NCBI GenBank assembly: GCA_036011345.1
Contig: DASCNF010000099.1
Coordinates: 4,835-28,834, forward strand
Direction: 5' to 3'
Length of the DNA: 24,000 nucleotides
Source: Rhodospirillales bacterium
Lineage (GTDB): Bacteria; Pseudomonadota; Alphaproteobacteria; Rhodospirillales; JASLQF01
Shown: positions 16,774-24,000 of the stretch, piece after piece
Position numbering within the stretch: position 1 is the stretch's first letter
How the letters are laid out: each line of letters opens with the position of its first letter
Position numbers and translations under genes: made by a program
The notes under the pieces: generated by a model
Databases searched by the model: none
Told to the model about the DNA's origin: nothing
What the model saw: the letters and a program-made list of their open reading frames with translations, nothing else

Positions 16774-17049
16774 TTATTCCCTGCGGATGAGGAGACGGTA
16801 GATGGTGTCCGCTCCGCCGTCGGCGTTTTCGGGTTTGAGCCTGAGCACGGCATGTCCATGGTCGCAAACCGAGCGGGGGACGTTTTCAAGGGACTCGGCG
16901 CCCCGCAAGCGCACCTCCGCGACTTCGCCCGGCGCCATCCGCTCCAACAAGAGTTTAGTTTTCACGAAGGTAAGCGGGCATACTTCCCCGGTTATGTCGA
17001 GAAAGAACGAGATATCAAAATCCGTGCCCTTTGTTGATGGTGTATTCAT
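16774..17049 (-). CDS. TusA/SirA-family sulfurtransferase-like small protein, 91 aa
   Basis: Track ORF 16774..17049. FLDITGEVCPLTFVKTKLLLERMAPGEVAEVRLRG matches the TusA-fold pattern D..G..CP.(P)....k..l..l..Ge.lev. The active-site Cys-Pro is retained, but the sequence reads CPLT instead of CPxP. Confidence 0.75.
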   Translation of the reverse strand: MNTPSTKGTDFDISFFLDITGEVCPLTFVKTKLLLERMAPGEVAEVRLRGAESLENVPRSVCDHGHAVLRLKPENADGGADTIYRLLIRRE

Positions 17050-17058
17050 ACGAGGTTC

Positions 17059-17087
17059 TTGCCTTATCGGTGCGTGTAAAGTATATA
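17059..17087 (+). promoter_or_regulatory. Sigma70-like promoter candidate for mucR
   Basis: TTGCCT (17059-17064), a 17-nt spacer, then TATATA (17082-17087). It lies in the AT-rich 73-bp divergent spacer, about 35 nt upstream of the mucR ATG, and GAGAGGA precedes that start. This is sequence pattern only. Confidence 0.3.
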
Positions 17088-17122
17088 GTCGTATTGGATT
17101 AAAAAGAGAGGATTATTTCTTG

Positions 17123-17545
17123 ATGACCGAAAAACTGAGTTTAAATGAATTACTGGAACTGACTACAGAGATAGTCGCGGCACACGTAGTCAACAATACG
17201 GTGGCGGTCTCCGACCTGCCGCAGTTGATCCAGGACGTATACAAGACTTTGGTGGCGGTGGGAAGCGCGCCGCTGACGCCAGAGCGCCCGCGTCCGGCTG
17301 TTCCCATCAAGAAATCCGTTTTTCCCGATTACGTCGTCTGTCTCGAGGACGGCAAGAAACTGAAAATGCTCAAGCGTCATTTGAACACTGCGTACAACAT
17401 GACGCCAGAAGAATACCGGGAGCGCTGGGGATTGGCGCCGGATTATCCGATGGTGGCGCCCAATTACGCCAAACACCGAAGCAACCTAGCAAAAAAAATC
17501 GGTCTTGGGACCAAGCCGCGCAAGCGACGCCGCAAAGCAGGCTGA
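17123..17545 (+). CDS. mucR: MucR/Ros family transcriptional regulator, 140 aa
   Basis: Track ORF 16802..17545 is trimmed to the ATG at 17123 ([25 protein letters not shown]...); a TTG at 17120 is an alternative. The C-terminal half [72 protein letters not shown] is collinear with Ros/MucR (compare Ros ...[42 protein letters not shown]...). Confidence 0.9.
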   Translation: [140 protein letters not shown]

Positions 17546-17620
17546 TCGGACCCCGCTGGAACCGGCAATCGCGTCTGAGGATCGCGGGCGACGACCCGCG
17601 CGATAGCTATCGGAGGGGCC

Positions 17621-18061
17621 ATGGCGCCGCCATCGCGAATCGAAGAGTTATGCATCCGCAAGGGCATGAAGATGACCGGCCAGCGCCGCATCATCGCCCG
17701 CGTCCTTTCGGAAGCCAAAGACCACCCGGATGTCGAGGAAGTTTACTGGCGCGCCACCCGAGTGGACCCGCGTATCAGCATCGCCACCGTTTATCGGACC
17801 GTCCGTCTTTTCGAGGCGGCGGATATCCTGGAGAGACACGACTTCGGAAATGGTCGCGCCCGTTACGAGGAGGTTACGGACGAGCACCATGACCATCTGA
17901 TCGACATCCAATCGGGGCGGGTCATAGAATTCCAGAACAAAGAGATCGAAGGCCTGCAGAAGCGAATTGTCAAGGATCTCGGATTCAGGCTGGTCGGGCA
18001 CCGGCTGGAACTTTACGCCGTTCCCCTCGAGAGCAAGGAAAAGGAAGATAAAAAGGATTGA
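17621..18061 (+). CDS. fur: Fur family transcriptional regulator (alphaproteobacterial Fur/Mur type), 146 aa
   Basis: Track ORF 17621..18061, with an ATG 4 nt after GGAGG. KGMKMTGQRRIIARVL...DHPDVEEVY...ISIATVYRTVRLFEAADILERHDFGNGRARYE...EHHDHLIDIQSGRVIEF...GHRLELYAVPL closely follows my memory of rhizobial Mur / alphaproteobacterial Fur. There is only one Cys, so no CxxC structural-zinc pairs, as in that subgroup. Confidence 0.88.
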   Translation: MAPPSRIEELCIRKGMKMTGQRRIIARVLSEAKDHPDVEEVYWRATRVDPRISIATVYRTVRLFEAADILERHDFGNGRARYEEVTDEHHDHLIDIQSGRVIEFQNKEIEGLQKRIVKDLGFRLVGHRLELYAVPLESKEKEDKKD

Positions 18062-18096
18062 CGCAACAGGGGCGCCCGCCGAATCCCAGCACCATC

Positions 18097-18124
18097 TTGA
18101 CAGTTCGGGACACGGTGTTAACTT
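18097..18124 (+). promoter_or_regulatory. Sigma70-like promoter candidate upstream of miaB
   Basis: TTGACA (18097-18102), a 16-nt spacer, then TAACTT (18119-18124), about 100 nt upstream of the miaB start. This is sequence pattern only. Confidence 0.3.
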
Positions 18125-18221
18125 TTGTGTTGGACAAGCGCGGTATCCGAAGACTTGATAGCAAGAATGACCGCAAGCTTTCTCTGGCGCTCTGACGGTC
18201 CTGATCCCTCCGTGCGGTAGA

Positions 18222-19565
18222 GTGGCGAACTTGGCGAAGAAGCTTTACATCAAGACTTACGGCTGCCAGATGAACGTCTACGACTCGGCGCGCATGGCCG
18301 ACGTCCTGGCACCCCTCGGTTACGTGTCCGTCGACGACGCGGCCGCGGCGGATCTGGTGATCCTCAATACCTGCCATATCCGCGAGAAGGCGGCCGAGAA
18401 AGTGTTCTCGGAGCTGGGCCGCCTGCGCCGGCTCAAGGACCGGCGCCGGGACCGGCCAATGACCCTGGCCGTGGCCGGCTGCGTCGCCCAGGCGGAAGGC
18501 GCCGAGATCGTTCGCCGTGTCCCTTACGTGGATATGGTGTTCGGCCCCCAGACCTATCATCGGTTGCCCGAGCTGGTCGTACGCGCCGAGCGCGCCCGGG
18601 GCACCGTCCTCGACACCGATTTTCCGGCCGAGTCCAAGTTCGACTACCTGCCCGAGGTCGTCACCGCGAACGGCGGTGCCGCCTTTCTCACCGTTCAGGA
18701 AGGATGCGATAAGTTCTGCTCCTTTTGCGTGGTGCCCTATACGCGTGGTGCCGAGCATTCGCGGCCCGTGGCCGCCGTGTTGGCGGAGGCCCGCCGGTTG
18801 GCCGAGACAAAGGCACGCGAGATCACGCTCCTCGGCCAGAACGTCAACGCCTACCATGGCGAAGCGCCGGGCGGCGGCGAATATGGCCTCGGCCGATTGA
18901 TCGCGGCGGTAGCTAAAATCGACGGGGTGGAACGCATCCGTTACACCACGTCCTACCCGGCCGACATGGACACGGCGCTGATCTCGGCGCACCGCGACGT
19001 GCCCGAACTCATGCCGTTCCTGCACTTGCCCGCGCAGTCGGGCTCCGGCCGGGTGCTGAGGGCCATGAACCGGCGGCACACGGCGGAAGACTACCGACGC
19101 CTGGTCGACAAGCTGCGCGCGGCGCGCGCCGACATCGCGCTTTCCTCGGACTTTATCGTGGGGTTCCCCGGCGAAACGCCGGCCGACTTCGACGCCACCC
19201 TAGCGCTGGTTGCTGACGTCGGCTTCGCCCAAGCCTATACCTTCAAGTACAGCCGGCGCCCCGGCACCCCGGCGGCGGAAATGGAGGGACAGGTCGCGGA
19301 AGCGGAGAAAGAAGACCGCTTGGCGGCGCTGCGGGATCTTTTGGACGCGCAGCAACGGACCTTCAACACCGGTGCCGTGGGCCAAACCGTGTCGGTGCTC
19401 CTGGAGCGCCGCGGTCGCCACGCCGGCCAACTCGTGGGCCGCAGCCCTTATATGCAGGCCGTGCACGTGGAGGCGCCGGAAAGCTTGTTCGGGGCCATCG
19501 CCGCGGTGCACGTTGAGGCGGTGCACGCCAATAGCCTCGCCGGCGTCCTAGTGGATAGAATCTAA
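18222..19565 (+). CDS. miaB: tRNA-2-methylthio-N6-dimethylallyladenosine synthase MiaB. The present C-terminus is created by the inserted element.
   Basis: Track ORF 18222..19565 (GTG start; a TTG at 18231 is an alternative). Features: [17 protein letters not shown] (MTTase N-terminal domain), radical-SAM [15 protein letters not shown], and a TRAM-like C-terminal domain ending ...[13 protein letters not shown]. The last four codons (VDRI) and the stop lie inside the left inverted repeat of the element at 19552-19814. Confidence 0.93.
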   Translation: MANLAKKLYIKTYGCQMNVYDSARMADVLAPLGYVSVDDAAAADLVILNTCHIREKAAEKVFSELGRLRRLKDRRRDRPMTLAVAGCVAQAEGAEIVRRVPYVDMVFGPQTYHRLPELVVRAERARGTVLDTDFPAESKFDYLPEVVTANGGAAFLTVQEGCDKFCSFCVVPYTRGAEHSRPVAAVLAEARRLAETKAREITLLGQNVNAYHGEAPGGGEYGLGRLIAAVAKIDGVERIRYTTSYPADMDTALISAHRDVPELMPFLHLPAQSGSGRVLRAMNRRHTAEDYRRLVDKLRAARADIALSSDFIVGFPGETPADFDATLALVADVGFAQAYTFKYSRRPGTPAAEMEGQVAEAEKEDRLAALRDLLDAQQRTFNTGAVGQTVSVLLERRGRHAGQLVGRSPYMQAVHVEAPESLFGAIAAVHVEAVHANSLAGVLVDRI

Positions 19566-19583
19566 CATATGGTGCCCATACGA
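19552..19583. repeat. Left terminal inverted repeat of the MITE-like element
   Basis: TGGATAGAATCTAACATATGGTGCCCATACGA is the perfect reverse complement of 19783-19814. It supplies the last codons (from the second base of the Val codon through Asp-Arg-Ile) and the TAA stop of the current miaB ORF. Confidence 0.8.
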
Positions 19584-19713
19584 TCCCATATCCCGGTTTC
19601 TCGGCAAGAGAGCGCCCACAGGCGATGCCAGGGCATCGTCAAGGGAACTCGACGTCCCGAAAAGCCGGGATATGAGACCCGTAGGGCGGCTTCCCAAGCC
19701 CGCCGGACACGTT

Positions 19714-19755
19714 GCCCGATGCGTTGTGATGCGTCAGCATCACAACGCATCGGGC
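19714..19755. other. Perfect 19-bp stem / 4-nt loop hairpin inside the element
   Basis: GCCCGATGCGTTGTGATGC (19714-19732), gtca, GCATCACAACGCATCGGGC (19737-19755), verified by hand. It is followed by gtctttcc, a poor T-run. Confidence 0.8.
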
Positions 19756-19782
19756 GTCTTTCCGGACGAACTTTGGAAGCCG

Positions 19783-19814
19783 TCGTATGGGCACCATATG
19801 TTAGATTCTATCCA
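19783..19814. repeat. Right terminal inverted repeat of the MITE-like element
   Basis: TCGTATGGGCACCATATGTTAGATTCTATCCA is the perfect reverse complement of 19552-19583. Confidence 0.8.
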
Positions 19815-19861
19815 CTAGTGCCGGCCGGCGGTGGAGGCGGCGCCGTTGAGGGGGCCGTCGC

Positions 19862-20914
<1,053 letters not shown>

Positions 20915-20920
20915 CGCGGC

Positions 20921-21451
20921 ATGGGTATGACCGGCGTTCTGGAAATCGACGTGACCGTTTCCTGTCCCGCGTGGATAGAGGCGGTGCCGGGGGTGGAGGA
21001 CGTTTGCCGGGATGCCGCCCGGGCGGCCTGCGCGGTGAACGGAGGCACGCCGGCGTCGGCCCCGGCGGGGGCTGAGGCGAGCCTGGTGCTGGCCGACGAC
21101 CGGCTCATGCGCACCCTCAACAGGGATTACCGTAACCTGGACGAGGCGACGAACGTGCTCGCCTTTGCCAATGCCGACGCCGCCGGCGGCGTCGGAGGAG
21201 ATGCCGCCCCGGGCGCACCACGCGTCCTGGGCGACGTGGTCGTTGCCTACGAGACCGCCGCCGCCGAGGCGGAGGCCGAGGCCAAGAGCCCAGCCGATCA
21301 TTTATGCCATCTGGTGGTCCATGGTATGCTCCATTTGCTGGGACACGGCCACCAGACGGCAGCGGAAGCGGATCGCATGGAGAGGCTGGAGTCGCAGGCA
21401 TTATCCCGCCTGGGCGTCGCCAATCCCTACGAGGACCGTGCCGAACAATGA
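20921..21451 (+). CDS. ybeY: rRNA maturation endoribonuclease YbeY
   Basis: Track ORF 20921..21451. Features: LNRDYRNLDEATNVLAF and the metal-binding motif HLVVHGMLHLLGHGH (H-x3-H-x5-H; HGH replaces the more usual YDH). Its position between phoH/ybeZ and corC is as in the E. coli ybeZYX-lnt cluster. Confidence 0.9.
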   Translation: MGMTGVLEIDVTVSCPAWIEAVPGVEDVCRDAARAACAVNGGTPASAPAGAEASLVLADDRLMRTLNRDYRNLDEATNVLAFANADAAGGVGGDAAPGAPRVLGDVVVAYETAAAEAEAEAKSPADHLCHLVVHGMLHLLGHGHQTAAEADRMERLESQALSRLGVANPYEDRAEQ

Positions 21452-21461
21452 CAGTCGCACC

Positions 21462-22370
21462 ATGAACGATCAGCCTCACGGTAGTCCGCCGCGCGGCGAC
21501 GTTGCCCCTCCGGCGCCCTCGTTGATGGAAACCGTGCGCGGTTGGCTGCGCGGCCTGTTCCGCCTTCGCAACGGAGAGAGTTCGGTCCGTGACACGCTCG
21601 AAGAACTGATCGAGGAGCGCGACGATGCCGAGGCCTCGATCGCCGAGGACGAGCGGGTACTGCTCTCCAATATCCTCGATTTACGCGACCGCACTGTGCA
21701 TGACGTGATGGTGCCACGAGCCGACATCATCGCCGTCGACAGTGCGGCGCCGCGTTCGCGGGTGATCGCGCTGATGACCCGGGAGGGGCACTCCCGTCTG
21801 CCAGTTCATGGGGAGACTCTCGATGATATTATCGGCATGGTGCACATCAAGGACGTCGCGGCCCGGCCTAAGGATGAGGCATTTACCCTCTCCAAGATCG
21901 TGCGCCGGGCGCTGTTCGTATCGCCCTCCATGCAGGTGCTTGAGTTGCTTCTAGAGATGCGCGTCACGCGTTCCCACATGGCGGTGGTGGTAGACGAGTA
22001 CGGCGGCGTCGACGGGCTGGTGACGATCGAGGACCTGGTCGAGGAGATCGTCGGCGAGATCGAAGACGAGCACGACCGCAGCGACGAGCCGACCCTCGTC
22101 AAAAGGAGCGATGGTTCGCTCGACGCCGATGCGCGGGCCACCCTCGAGGCCCTCGAGGAAATCACGGGCCCCGTCGTTACTGAAGAGGAGCGGGCTGACA
22201 TCGACACCCTCGGGGGTCTTGTGTTCTCGTTGGCCAGCCACGTTCCCATTCGCGGCGAGCTGGTGAGCCACCCGGGCGGGCTCGAATTCGAGGTCATTGA
22301 CGCTGATCCGCGCCGCATCAAGCGATTGCGCGTGCGCGGGTTGCCCGGCAAACCCGCCAAACAGACCTGA
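21462..22370 (+). CDS. corC: CBS-pair / CorC_HlyC domain protein (CorC/YbeX/TlyC family), 302 aa
   Basis: Track ORF 21165..22370 is trimmed to the ATG at 21462 ([13 protein letters not shown]...), 10 nt after the ybeY stop. The upstream part of the track ORF overlaps ybeY. Features: [26 protein letters not shown], then the CBS pair, then a C-terminal transporter-associated domain ([17 protein letters not shown]...[16 protein letters not shown]). Confidence 0.9.
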   Translation: MNDQPHGSPPRGDVAPPAPSLMETVRGWLRGLFRLRNGESSVRDTLEELIEERDDAEASIAEDERVLLSNILDLRDRTVHDVMVPRADIIAVDSAAPRSRVIALMTREGHSRLPVHGETLDDIIGMVHIKDVAARPKDEAFTLSKIVRRALFVSPSMQVLELLLEMRVTRSHMAVVVDEYGGVDGLVTIEDLVEEIVGEIEDEHDRSDEPTLVKRSDGSLDADARATLEALEEITGPVVTEEERADIDTLGGLVFSLASHVPIRGELVSHPGGLEFEVIDADPRRIKRLRVRGLPGKPAKQT

Positions 22371-22380
22371 TCGCGGCTTC

Positions 22381-24000
22381 ATGGACGCTCCCCGGCGCAT
22401 GAGATCCCCGCCGCCGCTGGATGGCGTGCCGCCCTCCCCCGGCATCTGGGCCCGGGCCAAGGTTCGCGTCACGGGGGTGTCCGGATGGCGGCGTCTTGCC
22501 CTGGCAGCCGGCCTCGGGCTCCTGGCGACGGCGGCGTTGCCACCCGTGCACGCCGTCGTTTTGTTGGTGCCGGCGTTCATCGGACTCTTGTGGCTGATCG
22601 ACGGCAGCGGCGGCTGGCGGAGCGCCTTCGCGGCCGGGTGGTGGTTCGGCTTTGGGCACTTCGCGGCCGGCCTTTACTGGATTGCCCACGCGCTTTTGAC
22701 CGACGCCGCGCAATTTGGCTGGATGGTTCCGTTCGCCGTCGGTGGCCTGGCCGCGGTAGTCGCGGTGTTTCCGGGCGTCGTGGCGCTGCTTGTCCGCGCC
22801 TCGGGCACCCGGGGAGCCGGGCGGGTGCTCGTCCTTGGGGCGGCGTGGACGGCGCTCGAGTGGCTGCGCGGCTGGGTATTCACGGGCTTCCCATGGAATC
22901 TTGTGGGCACGGTGTGGGTGGTCTCCGAGCCCATGATGCAGTCGGCCGCCGTCTTCGGCGTTTATGGGATTAGCCTGTTGAGCGTGACGGTGGCGGCGAT
23001 GCCGGCGGTGCTGGCCGAAGGCGCCGTCGTCGAGCGCCGCACGCTTGGCGCCGTGGCCGCTGCTGCCGCCGTGCTCGGCATCGCGTGGGCTGGCGGTGCG
23101 GCACGGCTGGCTCTGGCCCCCGGAGGAGAGGTGGCGGGCGTTCGCCTGCGCCTCGTGCAGCCGGCCATCGATCAAACGCTCAAATGGCGCCCCAAGCTGC
23201 GCCGCGCCCACGTCGAGCGGCAACTCAACATGAGCAGCGCGCCGCCGAGCCCTGCGGAGGCCCCTCCGCCCACCCACGTCATCTGGGCGGAGACGGCGGT
23301 GCCGTTCGACCTCGCCAACGAGCCGCGACTCCTCGAGGCGCTCGGCGCGGCGGTGCCCGCCGGCGGTTTGTTGATGGCCGGCGCGCCTCGCTTGACGCGC
23401 CGCGAGGGCGCGTCGGAGCGAATTTGGAACAGCCTCCACGCCGTCGACGAGCGCGGCGAGATCGTTGCCACATACGACAAGTTTCACCTAGTGCCCTTCG
23501 GCGAGTACGTGCCGTTTCGCGGACTTCTGAACATATCCAGGCTGGTGCCCGGACGCATGGACTTCTCGCCGGGTCCGGGCCTGGTGACTCTTAGGCTCCC
23601 CGGACTGCTGCCGTTCAGCCCGCTCATCTGCTACGAAGCCATCTTTCCCGGAAGCGTGTTGGACAGGAAAGACCGTCCCGCTTGGCTGCTCAACGTCACC
23701 AACGACGCTTGGTTCGGGATGTCATCCGGTCCGTACCAGCACTTCGCCGCGGCACGCTTTCGCGCCGTCGAGGAGGGTCTGCCCTTGGTGCGGGTGGCCA
23801 ACACCGGAATCTCGGCGGTCGTGGACGCCCATGGACGCACTGTCGCCAAGCTCGGCCTCGGCGTCATCGGGGTGCTCGACAGCCCCCTGCCCACCGCCCT
23901 GGAGGGCACCACGCCCTACGGTCTTGTGGGCGATTGGATCGTCGTCATGGTGCTGTTGGCGGCGGCGGCGGGCGGCGTCCTGCTGTCTCGCGGGTCGTAA
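22381..24000 (+). CDS. lnt: Apolipoprotein N-acyltransferase Lnt
   Basis: Track ORF 22297..24000 is trimmed to the first ATG after the corC stop (22381, MDAPRRMRS...); the ATG at 22399 is also possible. Features: N-terminal multi-TM region (SGWRRLALAAGLGLLATAALPP...GWWFGFGHFAAGLYWI), and a C-terminal CN-hydrolase domain with WAETAVPF, YDKFHLVPFGEYVP and the catalytic-Cys context PLICYEAIFP. The TAA stop is at 23998-24000. Confidence 0.9.
   Translation: MDAPRRMRSPPPLDGVPPSPGIWARAKVRVTGVSGWRRLALAAGLGLLATAALPPVHAVVLLVPAFIGLLWLIDGSGGWRSAFAAGWWFGFGHFAAGLYWIAHALLTDAAQFGWMVPFAVGGLAAVVAVFPGVVALLVRASGTRGAGRVLVLGAAWTALEWLRGWVFTGFPWNLVGTVWVVSEPMMQSAAVFGVYGISLLSVTVAAMPAVLAEGAVVERRTLGAVAAAAAVLGIAWAGGAARLALAPGGEVAGVRLRLVQPAIDQTLKWRPKLRRAHVERQLNMSSAPPSPAEAPPPTHVIWAETAVPFDLANEPRLLEALGAAVPAGGLLMAGAPRLTRREGASERIWNSLHAVDERGEIVATYDKFHLVPFGEYVPFRGLLNISRLVPGRMDFSPGPGLVTLRLPGLLPFSPLICYEAIFPGSVLDRKDRPAWLLNVTNDAWFGMSSGPYQHFAAARFRAVEEGLPLVRVANTGISAVVDAHGRTVAKLGLGVIGVLDSPLPTALEGTTPYGLVGDWIVVMVLLAAAAGGVLLSRGS

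Larger units (their letters stand above)
19552..19814. mobile_element. MITE-like non-autonomous element, 263 bp, with 32-bp perfect terminal inverted repeats flanked by CTAG on both sides
   Basis: By hand, 19548-19583 (CTAGTGGATAGAATCTAACATATGGTGCCCATACGA) is the exact reverse complement of 19783-19818. The outermost CTAG (19548-19551 and 19815-19818) is palindromic, so it can be read as a 4-bp target-site duplication. The interior holds no credible ORF and folds into two long hairpin arms. See the findings for the restored miaB frame. Confidence 0.7.

Noticed and set aside
19548-19818. A retron-like msr/msd locus (structured RNA flanked by inverted repeats), or another RT- or nuclease-associated guide RNA.
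   Set aside because: No reverse transcriptase, transposase or nuclease gene is adjacent; the flanks are miaB and ybeZ. The clean target-site reconstruction fits a MITE insertion better.

Overview
This is a GC-rich, densely coding chromosomal segment whose gene order matches what I recall for alphaproteobacterial core genomes. I saw no rRNA, tRNA or CRISPR array.

Gene content from left to right:
- Head-to-head remnants of an OsmC-like gene (-) and an HxlR-like regulator (+), the latter carrying an in-frame TAA.
- maeB (-), with a small YflT-like ORF just upstream.
- mutS (+), then a Zn-dependent alcohol dehydrogenase (-).
- glnD, murJ and trpS (+).
- Three cell-wall-related genes: a Bax/FlgJ-like glucosaminidase (+), a NodB-type polysaccharide deacetylase (-) and a VanX/DdpX-type D-Ala-D-Ala dipeptidase (-).
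- tsaB (+), then a visibly more AT-rich divergent pair, tusA-like (-) and mucR (+).
- fur (+), then miaB, ybeZ(phoH), ybeY, corC and lnt (+).

Most of the window is ordinary housekeeping DNA, and I found no convincing multi-gene novel system.

The most interesting signal is a 263-bp MITE-like element at 19552-19814. It has perfect 32-bp terminal inverted repeats, flanking CTAG duplications and two long internal hairpin arms. It sits inside the 3' end of miaB. Removing it in silico restores a longer miaB reading frame whose TGA overlaps the GTG start of the next gene.

Secondary observations:
- A possible deletion scar that joins two 5'-truncated genes at about 243-260.
- The tusA-like/mucR pair, where the MucR has a non-canonical zinc-ligand set.
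- A structured 238-bp trpS-bax spacer with CCUCC motifs and an orphan Shine-Dalgarno (SD) sequence.

All family assignments come from reading motifs in the translations by eye. No database search was run.
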